Source: Deltaproteobacteria bacterium
Lineage (GTDB): Bacteria > Desulfobacterota > Binatia > Binatales > Binataceae
Length of the DNA stretch: 64,000 bases
Direction: 5' to 3'
NCBI GenBank assembly: GCA_027317185.1
Contig: DAHVFB010000002.1
Coordinates: 10,360-74,359, forward strand
Each line of letters opens with the position of its first letter. The first letter of the stretch is position 1. The notes under the pieces were generated by a model. The model was given only the letters and a program-made list of their open reading frames with translations, searched no databases and had not been told where the DNA came from. Below, piece after piece: positions 10,368 through 19,234 of this stretch. The translations under genes and the position numbers were made by a program.

Positions 10368-11561
10368 ATGAAAACGGTGATGGCCGATAGGCGCTGGATT
10401 AAAGATCATGCCGACCTCGGCACCGGTCCGGTATCGACCGAAACCTGCACTTCAGCCGATTTTTTCGAGCGCGAGCGCGACGGTATCTTTCGCCAACTCT
10501 GGTTGAATATGGGCCGCGAGGAAGAGCTGGCGGAGCCGGGCGACTATATCGTCCGGGATTTGGCGGTAGCCAATACCTCGGTGCTGATCGTGCGCGGCAA
10601 AGATCGGAAGATCCGCGCGTTTCACAACGTCTGTATGCATCGTGGCAACCGGCTGGTCAATGGCGCCAGCGGCACCTGCAATAAACTCCTTGTCTGCCGG
10701 TTTCATAGTTGGGCCTACGATCTTCAGGGTCAATTGCAATGGGTTTCCGATGAGGCGAATTTTTACGATATCGACAAATCCAATCTGGGGCTGAGGAGCA
10801 TCGCGGTTGATACCTGGGAAGGTTTTATCTTTATCAACCTGAGTTCCTCGCCGGCGCAGAGCCTGCGCGAATATCTTGGTGGATTAGTGCAACAGATCGG
10901 TGGCTACCCTTTCCAGCAACACTCCCTGCTCTGCCGCTATCGGATCGAAGAGCAGGCCAACTGGAAGGTGATCCTCGATGCCCAAAACGAGGTTTACCAC
11001 CTGCCCTTCCTGCACATCGCGTATCCCGATTTTTGCCCCTTGAACGAGCAGAAATTCAGCCGCATCCAGAGTTTCAAGCGCTTCGATCGGCATACCGTAT
11101 ATTCGGTCGAGAACAACGCCGAGCATCAAATGACCGCGACCGAAGCGATCGCCGCACGCACCTTCCCGGGCGATGGAACCTTGAGCCCGTCGATGATCGG
11201 CTGGTTCGACTTTTACACAATATTTCCGAATTTCTGTCTGATTTTTCTGGGCGGGAATTATCTGACCTACAACATCTGGCCGGTATCGGTATCGTCATCG
11301 GTCTGGGAAGTGAGTGTTTATCAACCGGCTACCGATAAGCCGAGCGAGCGATTCGCCGAAGAGTATGCCCGCTGCCGCCTGCGCGATCTGCTGCAGGAGG
11401 ACGCGAGCAACCATGAGGCGATTCAAGCCAGCTTGAACTCCGGGGCGCTTGCGCATTTCCAGCTTCAGGACGAGGAAATACAGATCCGGCATTTCCACAA
11501 GATGGTTCGCGAGCATGCCGAGGCGCGCGGGCAATCGGTTTTGGCCGCAGCCGGTAAATGA
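10368..11561 (+). CDS. Rieske aromatic ring-hydroxylating oxygenase, alpha subunit
   Basis: CMH...CRFH Rieske motif; NWK..., EVYHLPFLH and QED mononuclear iron ligands. Confidence 0.93.
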   Translation: MKTVMADRRWIKDHADLGTGPVSTETCTSADFFERERDGIFRQLWLNMGREEELAEPGDYIVRDLAVANTSVLIVRGKDRKIRAFHNVCMHRGNRLVNGASGTCNKLLVCRFHSWAYDLQGQLQWVSDEANFYDIDKSNLGLRSIAVDTWEGFIFINLSSSPAQSLREYLGGLVQQIGGYPFQQHSLLCRYRIEEQANWKVILDAQNEVYHLPFLHIAYPDFCPLNEQKFSRIQSFKRFDRHTVYSVENNAEHQMTATEAIAARTFPGDGTLSPSMIGWFDFYTIFPNFCLIFLGGNYLTYNIWPVSVSSSVWEVSVYQPATDKPSERFAEEYARCRLRDLLQEDASNHEAIQASLNSGALAHFQLQDEEIQIRHFHKMVREHAEARGQSVLAAAGK

Positions 11562-11605
11562 ATGCATCCATCAATCGTGTAATTCAAAAGCAAGGGCACT
11601 GAAAA

Positions 11606-11938
11606 ATGACCCGGCAGTTACCGTCTGAGTTTGTCGACCTCGAAAGCTTTTTGCCATGGGCATTGCCGGCCAGCGTCGCGCGGAATAAGAAGCGCCTGGC
11701 GAGCTCGATGGAAGAGATTAAATCTTTTTACGATGCGATCCTGCCGCGCGCCGACCGGATACTCGCCTACCTGGACCAATACTCAGTAAAAGAGATGCCG
11801 CAGGATGCCGCCCAGCTCTTTCGCCTGATGCTCGCATTGGCCGAAGTGTCGAACGCGGTGGAACTGTTTCACGAGCCGGGCGTCACCGACGGCTGCGATC
11901 CCTCGCGATTTGTAGTGGTCAAAGAACGCAATCCCTGA
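11606..11938 (+). CDS. Hypothetical protein downstream of the Rieske oxygenase
   Basis: Clean ORF co-oriented with the Rieske gene; helical sequence (SSMEEIKSFYDA...LALAEVS..VE). Confidence 0.7.
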   Translation: MTRQLPSEFVDLESFLPWALPASVARNKKRLASSMEEIKSFYDAILPRADRILAYLDQYSVKEMPQDAAQLFRLMLALAEVSNAVELFHEPGVTDGCDPSRFVVVKERNP

Positions 11939-12107
11939 TTCATGTTCGCGCGCTACCCGGCGCACCCTTGGCTCATTTCGCTTCTAATGTCATAAAACGT
12001 CAAGATTTACGAAACAACGAGGGAAGGCGGCTCAATAACCGCTTTTCTCATGTTTGACTTGCCCGTGATCGCGATCAATGCTCATAGCGACCCGAGGGGA
12101 CTTGGCT

Positions 12108-13820
12108 ATGTTCAAATTGCGATCTTTGTTGGTATTGGCGCTTATCATTGTTTCGACTTACGCGTGGTGTCCCGCGCGATCCGCTGAATCCGCCACTATC
12201 GATATCGTGGTCCAACCGGTTCCGCGCACCGAACTTACCGCACCACCGTCGCACGGCCTCAACAGTCGATCGGTGATGCCGCGCCACTTTGCCAACCCGG
12301 CGCTGATCCGGCAACAGAAGGAGCTGTTGGCCTCCACGCGGACCAAGCCCTCTTCCGAGCATGGCGGTCACGGAAAACCTACGCCAAGCCCGACGCCGAC
12401 TCCCACGTCGACTCCCACGCCCGCACCGCCGGTGCCGATCAGTCAAACCGGGACCTCTCCGACCGCAGTTAATTTGACTGGCGCTTTCGTCGGAACTGGC
12501 GACACGCTTTATGAACCACCTGATACGCAGATAGCCGCCGGGTTGAACGGCTCGACAACTGAATTGCTTGAGGCGGTGAATTTGACCGGCCAGGTGTTCA
12601 GTACCAGCGGCACCCTACTCACGACGTTGAACCTGTCCCAACTCACGATCGATCCGTCCACCGATAGCGTGAGCGATCCGCGGGTGCTGTACGACGCCGT
12701 CTCGCAACGCTGGCTGATATTGTTGATCACCTTTTCGCCCACCACGGATTCGGGATGGGATCTCGCGGTCTCGCAGACCAGCGACCCGAGCGGGGGCTAC
12801 AACCTGTATACGATCTCCACCGCCAACGTCGTGAATCCCGACGGTACGAAAGGAAATTTCCCGGACTTTCCGAAAATTGGTTTCAACGGCAATAAGGTGG
12901 TAATCACCGGCGACGCATTCCACGCGATCCAAAAGCACTCCGGGACCTCCTACAAGTTCGAAGGCACTGAATTCGTCGTGCTTAACAAAAGCGAACTGGT
13001 GAGCGGCGATTCCTCCGCCAGCGCCGTGATGTTCCTGCCTGACCAGGGAGACCTTGCGATAGAACCGGCGCTGCATCTCAATCCCACGTCAACCCCTGGA
13101 GTTTCACCGGCGGACAATCTGTACATGGCGGCGGTTAACGGGACCCTGGCCTCCACCTCAACCATCGACGTGTGGACGGTAACGGGGGTGCCTGGCGTAA
13201 GCACCGTCGGGGCCGTTCGCACTTCGCTGCCGATTGGAACGCTTTCGATTCCACCCAACGCCCAGCAAGCCGGCAGCGGCGTGCTGATCGACACCAACGA
13301 TGACAGCCTGCTCGATGCCGTCTTCCGCGACGGCTCGATTGCGGGATCGTTGTGGGTTTCGGCCAATGACGGATGCGTCCCGCCCAGTGACAGCGCGGTG
13401 CGTTCGTGCCTGCGCTTTATCGAGGTGTCGGTCGGGAGCGGTGGAACCAGCGGGTTGAGCGTCAGCCAGGATTTCGACTATGCGGGCCAGCCGGGTCTCT
13501 ATTATTATTATCCGGCCCTCCGGACCGATTCATCCGGTGACCTTGCGACAGTGTTTTCCGGGTCTTCCACCAGTTCGTTCGCGTCGGTCTACTCGGCGTC
13601 GCGACTGGTTGGCGATACTGCGAATACCCTGACAAATTTTTCGACCATCGAATCCGGCGCGGCCGCCTACACCACGTCGCCGCCGCGATGGGGTGACTAC
13701 TCAGGCGCGGGAATCGATCCCGACGACAGCACTATCTGGATCGGCGGCGAGTACGCGGCGTCCGACAATCCAATCCTCGGTTCGCTTTGGGGCACCTGGA
13801 TCGCCAGCGTACAGCCATAG
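12108..13820 (+). CDS. Secreted S/T/G-rich beta-structured hypothetical protein with a Pro/Thr linker (alternative start 12078)
   Basis: Signal peptide, PTPSPTPTPTSTPTP linker, EPPD, SDPRVLYD, DFPKIG and RWGDYS motifs. Confidence 0.8.
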   Translation: MFKLRSLLVLALIIVSTYAWCPARSAESATIDIVVQPVPRTELTAPPSHGLNSRSVMPRHFANPALIRQQKELLASTRTKPSSEHGGHGKPTPSPTPTPTSTPTPAPPVPISQTGTSPTAVNLTGAFVGTGDTLYEPPDTQIAAGLNGSTTELLEAVNLTGQVFSTSGTLLTTLNLSQLTIDPSTDSVSDPRVLYDAVSQRWLILLITFSPTTDSGWDLAVSQTSDPSGGYNLYTISTANVVNPDGTKGNFPDFPKIGFNGNKVVITGDAFHAIQKHSGTSYKFEGTEFVVLNKSELVSGDSSASAVMFLPDQGDLAIEPALHLNPTSTPGVSPADNLYMAAVNGTLASTSTIDVWTVTGVPGVSTVGAVRTSLPIGTLSIPPNAQQAGSGVLIDTNDDSLLDAVFRDGSIAGSLWVSANDGCVPPSDSAVRSCLRFIEVSVGSGGTSGLSVSQDFDYAGQPGLYYYYPALRTDSSGDLATVFSGSSTSSFASVYSASRLVGDTANTLTNFSTIESGAAAYTTSPPRWGDYSGAGIDPDDSTIWIGGEYAASDNPILGSLWGTWIASVQP

Positions 13821-13912
13821 CGTAGCCGCGGCGCAGTGAACTTCAGTGCAGCCGCGTTTCGATCGCGCAATGCGCGTTACTTTCGCGAACCAGCTACCCT
13901 CCGGCAATAGGC

Positions 13913-14521
13913 TTACCTGTCAGTATCGCGAGCGGCGCGGGGGATCGGCTTGAGATTAAGGTAAAACTTTTTTATCGGAGTGTCCCATAAGAGTGGGATG
14001 CCGCATCGGGCAACTGCTTTTGCAGGATTACCCTGCACCATAGTCATCGCGGGGATTGATCGGGTCACGACGCTTCCGGCGGTAATCACCGCACCGCGGC
14101 CAATAGTAACGTTAGGCAATATTATCGATCCGGCGCCGAGGTAAACCTCGTCTTCTATCTTTACCGATACGTAGTTACTTAGATCTTCTTCATGGGGAAG
14201 CAGACTATGTATATGGGCGATTATCAAACACCTGATTCCGACCTGAACATCATTGCCGATCGAAATCCATTGCGGGTATGCAGTTTCCATCATCACGTCC
14301 GAAGCGATATGGACGCGCTCACCGATCTTCACTCCTCGCTGGCGATGGGCCCAAATTCGGAAGCCGGTAGCGCCCGGCATCGAACGGGCAAGACTCTGCA
14401 GGATGCGGTTTTTCAGGGCTCGCCCGATGGACTCCTTGAACGCCGGCTTGTTGTGCGATTCCAAGCCATAGGCGGCGTCGGGCGTGATCTGATTGACGTC
14501 AAGAGGAAAGTTCTTATCCAT
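13913..14521 (-). CDS. Hexapeptide-repeat (left-handed beta-helix) acyltransferase (alternative start 14554)
   Basis: VKIEDEVYLGAGSIILPNVTIGRGAVITAGSVVT...GNPA. Confidence 0.88.
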   Translation of the reverse strand: MDKNFPLDVNQITPDAAYGLESHNKPAFKESIGRALKNRILQSLARSMPGATGFRIWAHRQRGVKIGERVHIASDVMMETAYPQWISIGNDVQVGIRCLIIAHIHSLLPHEEDLSNYVSVKIEDEVYLGAGSIILPNVTIGRGAVITAGSVVTRSIPAMTMVQGNPAKAVARCGIPLLWDTPIKKFYLNLKPIPRAARDTDR

Positions 14522-14550
14522 GTTTCGTGACCGGGCAACTAAGCCGAACA

Positions 14551-14850
14551 TCAAGGCTGATCCGGGTGCTTATTATCGGTCGGGGTTTGACTTCTATCCG
14601 CGATATATCGGCAAAACGAGCCCAGGACGGTAAGTTGTTCCGGGTCAAGCTCAGAAAAGTCAATCACGATCCCAAAAGTCTGTTCGACAGTTGAGATAAG
14701 CTCGACGATATCGACCGAATCGATAATACCTTCGGTCAACAAGTCCAGGTCATCGGGCAGATCGTCAAGTTCGCGTCCTGCGGCAAGTATCGAGTTTTCC
14801 AGTCGAGAGACGACAAGCGCCCTGACCTGCTCAGCGGAAACCACAGTCAT
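14551..14850 (-). CDS. Acyl/aminoacyl carrier protein (DltC-like)
   Basis: Small acidic protein with a GIIDSV phosphopantetheine Ser motif; overlaps the A-domain stop. Confidence 0.85.
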   Translation of the reverse strand: MTVVSAEQVRALVVSRLENSILAAGRELDDLPDDLDLLTEGIIDSVDIVELISTVEQTFGIVIDFSELDPEQLTVLGSFCRYIADRSQTPTDNKHPDQP

Positions 14851-16451
14851 CCCAGTTCCTCCAGGTGCTTCTGCAATTGGCGACGATCGATTTTACCATT
14901 GGCGTTCAGCGGCCATTGTTCAATTTTGTGAATCCTGCGGGGTACCGCGTAACGGGGGAGCCGATGCTTAAGTTTATCGCGCAGCAGACCCATATCGGCT
15001 TTCGCGCCGGCTACAAAGACTTCGATCGCCGCGGCGCCCGTACTGGTTAGAGGCCATCCCAGTGCAATGGCCACCTCTACGCCGGCTTCCGCCCGCAGTA
15101 CGGCTTCGACCTCCTCCAACTCGACTCGATGTCCCTGAACCTTGATTTGATGATCGAGTCTGCCCAAATAAGTCATCGAACGATCGTCCTTGGACGACCG
15201 CACCCGGTCACCAGTGCGATAATAAAGCTCTTGTTTGGCCGCCGGCACCACAAAGCGCGCCGCGGTCTGTTCGGGATCCCGCCAATAGCCCAGCGATACC
15301 TGCGGGCCCGTCAACAGAAGTTCGCCCTCCTCACCCGGCGCAACCTCGACGCCGTTCGCATCGGCAACCATCGCCACCATACCCGGTATCGGATCACCGA
15401 TGGGAACTATTTCGCGCTCGCATTGCGCTGGTGAGCTGGCCGGATCCCAGCGATAGATAGTGCAGGCAATAGTCAATTCGGTGGGCCCGTATAGATTTTC
15501 GACAATGCTGTTCGGTGCGGCAGCAGCCCACGTCGAGGCGATCTCAGCCGGCAAGGGTTCGCCGCAGAACAAACTCAGCCGCAAGTTCGGATAGTGACCG
15601 GCCCCCAGCGACCCCAGTCTTTTCATCAGGACGCCTACCGATGGAACTGAAAACCACACGGTAATACGAGCTTCCTGTATAAAGGAGCCGGGATTCAACA
15701 TCGTCCGCTGCGACGGGCAGCACACGCACGCACCCGCCTCCCAGGCAACGAACATATCGAACACGGAGAGGTCGAAGGTCATATCGAAAGTCTGTGAAAA
15801 GCGATCGCCGCAGGTTACTCGATAACGATCCATTATCGCGTCGACAAAATGAGTGACGTTGCGCTGGGCAACCATCACCCCTTTTGGTATTCCCGTGCTG
15901 CCCGAGGTGAACAGAACGTAGGCCAATGCGTCTCGAGTTTTCGGACGCTCCCGCCACGCAGCCGCCGGGTCCAAATCCTTCCGCGCGATAAACCGATGGG
16001 CCGGCCAGCGTAACTTCAAATCGCCTGGTTCATCGCGATCGGCAAGTATAATGAGCAGTGGATAGTCAATCCCGTGAAGTAGTTCCGCAAGCTGCGGTTC
16101 GGACGCGCCATCAACGATGATCGAGCGGCACTCCGATCTGGCAAGCATCGTACGTGTTCGCTCCGGCGGGAATCCCCGATTCAGCGGCAAATAGCCATTG
16201 CCCGCCAGAAGGGATCCCAACACGCCAGCGAAGGCCGCGGGGGATCGGTATGCGAACACCCCGGTCATCGCGGGACCTCCCTCCGGAGTATGACTTTGGA
16301 TAGTCGCGGCGAGCCGCGTGGCCGCCTCGCGTAGCTCGCGATACGTTACACATACGCCAGCCACGTCCACCGCGGGACGATCCGGGTGAGTTTCAGCCGA
16401 ACGTAGAAACCCGTGGTAAAGCGGGCGATTCGGATCGTCTGCCGCAGTCAT
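14847..16451 (-). CDS. Stand-alone amino acid adenylation domain (DltA-like)
   Basis: YVLFTSGSTGIPKG, FDLSV, NLYGPTE, YRTGD, PLNANGKIDR core A motifs. Confidence 0.93.
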   Translation of the reverse strand: MTAADDPNRPLYHGFLRSAETHPDRPAVDVAGVCVTYRELREAATRLAATIQSHTPEGGPAMTGVFAYRSPAAFAGVLGSLLAGNGYLPLNRGFPPERTRTMLARSECRSIIVDGASEPQLAELLHGIDYPLLIILADRDEPGDLKLRWPAHRFIARKDLDPAAAWRERPKTRDALAYVLFTSGSTGIPKGVMVAQRNVTHFVDAIMDRYRVTCGDRFSQTFDMTFDLSVFDMFVAWEAGACVCCPSQRTMLNPGSFIQEARITVWFSVPSVGVLMKRLGSLGAGHYPNLRLSLFCGEPLPAEIASTWAAAAPNSIVENLYGPTELTIACTIYRWDPASSPAQCEREIVPIGDPIPGMVAMVADANGVEVAPGEEGELLLTGPQVSLGYWRDPEQTAARFVVPAAKQELYYRTGDRVRSSKDDRSMTYLGRLDHQIKVQGHRVELEEVEAVLRAEAGVEVAIALGWPLTSTGAAAIEVFVAGAKADMGLLRDKLKHRLPRYAVPRRIHKIEQWPLNANGKIDRRQLQKHLEELG

Positions 16452-17710
16452 TCGCGCCCTCTAGTCGTTGCGATCGCTTTAGCCGCGCCGGGCAATACTG
16501 GAGGATTCGCCGCCAGCGCGGTAAGCGGAATTGTCCTTGATAAGGTGTTGGCATCCGCCGACGCCAGGCTGGCTGCCGCCATGCGAAATGCCGTCTGGCA
16601 GGAATGTAGATCCCGTTCTGCGAGGGGGATATCGAGAATATACCGGGTGAACCCTGCTCGCATATATTTACTAATCTCATTTGATACCGTTTCGTAGCCG
16701 CCGACCAAATAGGGACAAAAAGTGTTGTAATTCTTGAATGGCCATAGCCAATAGACACTGCGTTGACCGCTGGTGTCCTGTTCCATCGCCGACAATTGTT
16801 TATGCCATTGAGAATCTGAGAGTTTCATCGCCAGTGCATGACGGATCTGACCTTTGCGATCGGCGGGAAATCTCTGCTGCGCCAGTTGCCATGCTTGTTC
16901 GTCAGTTTCAGCCGCGATGATTCCGATGCGGATCCCCATGTTGCAGCGCGGCTCAAGCGGCGGATATTCCTCGCCCGGCTTCGGGTACTCGACTGCAACC
17001 GCATTGAGGGCCGCGGCGGTTTTCATGCCTGCGGGTGAAGAACCCGAAACGAAAACTCCAGGCATCAGATCGGAGGGGAGCAGCGGTTGTAAGCTGAGGT
17101 TCTTCACCCGGTAAAAGTCGCCGGCGAAAGTGACTGGCGTTTTCCCAGTCAATAGTTGCTGAATGATGGAGGTATATTCGGAAATTCTGGCATAGCGCTG
17201 ATCGTGCGGAGTCTCGTCGCACAAGGCGGTTAGATCGTTGCGAAAGCCACCCGCTATCATATTCAGGTAGATTCGGCGGCCGTATAGATATGCCAATGAA
17301 GTCACCATCCTGGCGACCGAATAGGGATGCATATATGCAGGCTGCACTGCTACCAGTGGACATAGGCGCGCGGTGTTGGTGAGTACGATCTGGGTGGCTA
17401 TCCATGGATCGATCAGCCGGTTGTCGGAGTAAATTAGAATGCCGCTGCAGCCTGCCTCTTCGCTCCAGCGCGCCACTTCGGCGAGATGGGCCGCATAAAC
17501 CTTGCCCGCATAGGCGGCAGACTGAGGCGCGGTGGAAAATAATGAAAACCGAAATGGCTCAGCTTCAGTGGTGTTTCCAGGCTGCAACACGGTCAACCCT
17601 CTAGAGGCTCCCGCCTCGCTGCGGGCCGGCATCCGTGATTTGTTCTCGATGATTCCCAAGCGGTAGCCATCGATTGCGCATCCGGCAAATAAATTCTCCG
17701 ACCAGTTCAC
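16448..17710 (-). CDS. LLM-class flavin-dependent monooxygenase (SsuD-like); true start probably downstream of 17710
   Basis: DPW, PLVAVQP.YMHP, GRRIYLNMIAG, SGSSPAG; ATGA overlap with the A domain. Confidence 0.85.
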   Translation of the reverse strand: MNWSENLFAGCAIDGYRLGIIENKSRMPARSEAGASRGLTVLQPGNTTEAEPFRFSLFSTAPQSAAYAGKVYAAHLAEVARWSEEAGCSGILIYSDNRLIDPWIATQIVLTNTARLCPLVAVQPAYMHPYSVARMVTSLAYLYGRRIYLNMIAGGFRNDLTALCDETPHDQRYARISEYTSIIQQLLTGKTPVTFAGDFYRVKNLSLQPLLPSDLMPGVFVSGSSPAGMKTAAALNAVAVEYPKPGEEYPPLEPRCNMGIRIGIIAAETDEQAWQLAQQRFPADRKGQIRHALAMKLSDSQWHKQLSAMEQDTSGQRSVYWLWPFKNYNTFCPYLVGGYETVSNEISKYMRAGFTRYILDIPLAERDLHSCQTAFRMAAASLASADANTLSRTIPLTALAANPPVLPGAAKAIATTRGRE

Positions 17711-17924
17711 GACAAATTCACTCGCAGTACGTCACGTTTCCATAACTTAGACTAGAACTGCATACTCGTGACGGCGCTAAGAATAGAACGTTTCCGCCTC
17801 CGCTAACTGGCTGTTGGGCTGCGAATAATGCGAATTTTTGGGCATAATTCACGAAGGAAAAGGACGTTTTTGGAAGTTTTAACACCAGATCGTGCATCCC
17901 CTTGCGATGGGCGAGCTTACCCAT

Positions 17925-19148
17925 CTACCGAGCAGGGCGCTCAGGCGCGGTATGCGGTTGCGGAAGATCGCCGATCGGGGCGTCTTTAATCAGCGCGGCA
18001 ACTGCATCACAAAGGTTTTCCCGTTGAGCGTTCCATCCAAGGCCGGTCATTATCGAACCTGCTCGTTGGACGATCCGGGCACGATATTCCGGATGGTCGT
18101 GAAGTTCTGCGATCGCGGCCGCCAACGAGGCGACATTGCCGGGCTCGAAGTAACGCACCGCATCCTCGGGAAAAAAATGTTCTATCGTACGCAGGCGTGC
18201 CGTAATCACTGGAATTCCCAGCGCGGCATATTCCAGCAGCTTCACCGGCAGCATCAGGTGGGTCGCGCTGCTCGGAGGATTCGGCACCAGGCCGGCCGAG
18301 ACCGTGGAGAGCGCCGCGGGCAGTTGCTCGAGCGGAACCTGACGCTCGAACCGCACGCGATCATCGAGTTTGAGCCGCGCGCAAAGCGCTTGGGCTGCTT
18401 CCCAGAAATCACCGGTGCCCAGCAATCGCAGCCGCAATTGCGGAATGCGATCGCGCAGCTCATGGATGGCGTAGAGCGCGGTATCGATACCCAGCCGGCG
18501 GCTGACGGTGCCATGAAATACCAGGGTGAAATGATCGTCTTTGGGCGGCGAGCCGTACAGATCACCGATTGGCTTGAAAATTTCTGGGTTGGGAGAATTC
18601 AACACCACATCGATTTTCTCGCGCGGTATTCCGGACTGCACCAGACGCTGCGCGTGCGGCTCATGCACCGCGAGTATCCGATCGGCAAGCCACGCGCTGG
18701 CGCGCTCTTCGAGCATCAGCAAGCGTGCGCCAGCCGCTCCCAATCGTCCATCGAACTTGTCGCGGTAAAGCTCGGGCATGGTGTCGCGGATATCGAGCAG
18801 AATCTTACTGCCGAGTAGCTTCGGAATCAGGGCGCTTAGCACCGCGGCGTCCGGCATGGTGCACACGATCACGAGGTCATACTTCTGTCGCAGGGACAAT
18901 CTGGCGGCGGTCACCGAGGCTAAGGCAAAAAATCTCAGGTAGCTGAACAGGTAGCCGACTCGGCTGGCGCCATGGTATTTCGGCATCGGCAGCCAGATCA
19001 CATTGATGCCGTTACGCTGACCGCGGACCTTGGTGGCGACGCAGATTACGTCAACCGAGTGACCTTGTTGAGCGAGGGCCTCCGCATGACGCTTTGATCG
19101 CGCGTCGGAAACCCAGGTGTTGTAAGTGATCATTAAAATCCGCGCCAC
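17925..19148 (-). CDS. Glycosyltransferase family 4
   Basis: PVKLLEYAALGIPVI GT4 C-terminal motif; N-terminal DARSKR.AEAL...GHSVDV. Confidence 0.92.
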   Translation of the reverse strand: MARILMITYNTWVSDARSKRHAEALAQQGHSVDVICVATKVRGQRNGINVIWLPMPKYHGASRVGYLFSYLRFFALASVTAARLSLRQKYDLVIVCTMPDAAVLSALIPKLLGSKILLDIRDTMPELYRDKFDGRLGAAGARLLMLEERASAWLADRILAVHEPHAQRLVQSGIPREKIDVVLNSPNPEIFKPIGDLYGSPPKDDHFTLVFHGTVSRRLGIDTALYAIHELRDRIPQLRLRLLGTGDFWEAAQALCARLKLDDRVRFERQVPLEQLPAALSTVSAGLVPNPPSSATHLMLPVKLLEYAALGIPVITARLRTIEHFFPEDAVRYFEPGNVASLAAAIAELHDHPEYRARIVQRAGSIMTGLGWNAQRENLCDAVAALIKDAPIGDLPQPHTAPERPAR

Positions 19149-19234
19149 CGGAATATCTCCTCGCAGTTCTGCGCATCGCTCTCCGTCTTACCTGTCGCAC
19201 ATGTTGGTTCAGTGATCGGTAGCTATCGAAGCTC

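Noticed and set aside
12378-12430. Short tandem-like DNA repeats
   Set aside because: They encode the Pro/Thr linker; not a CRISPR array or VNTR
17892-18818. 308-aa plus-strand ORF
   Set aside because: Antisense shadow of the GT4 gene
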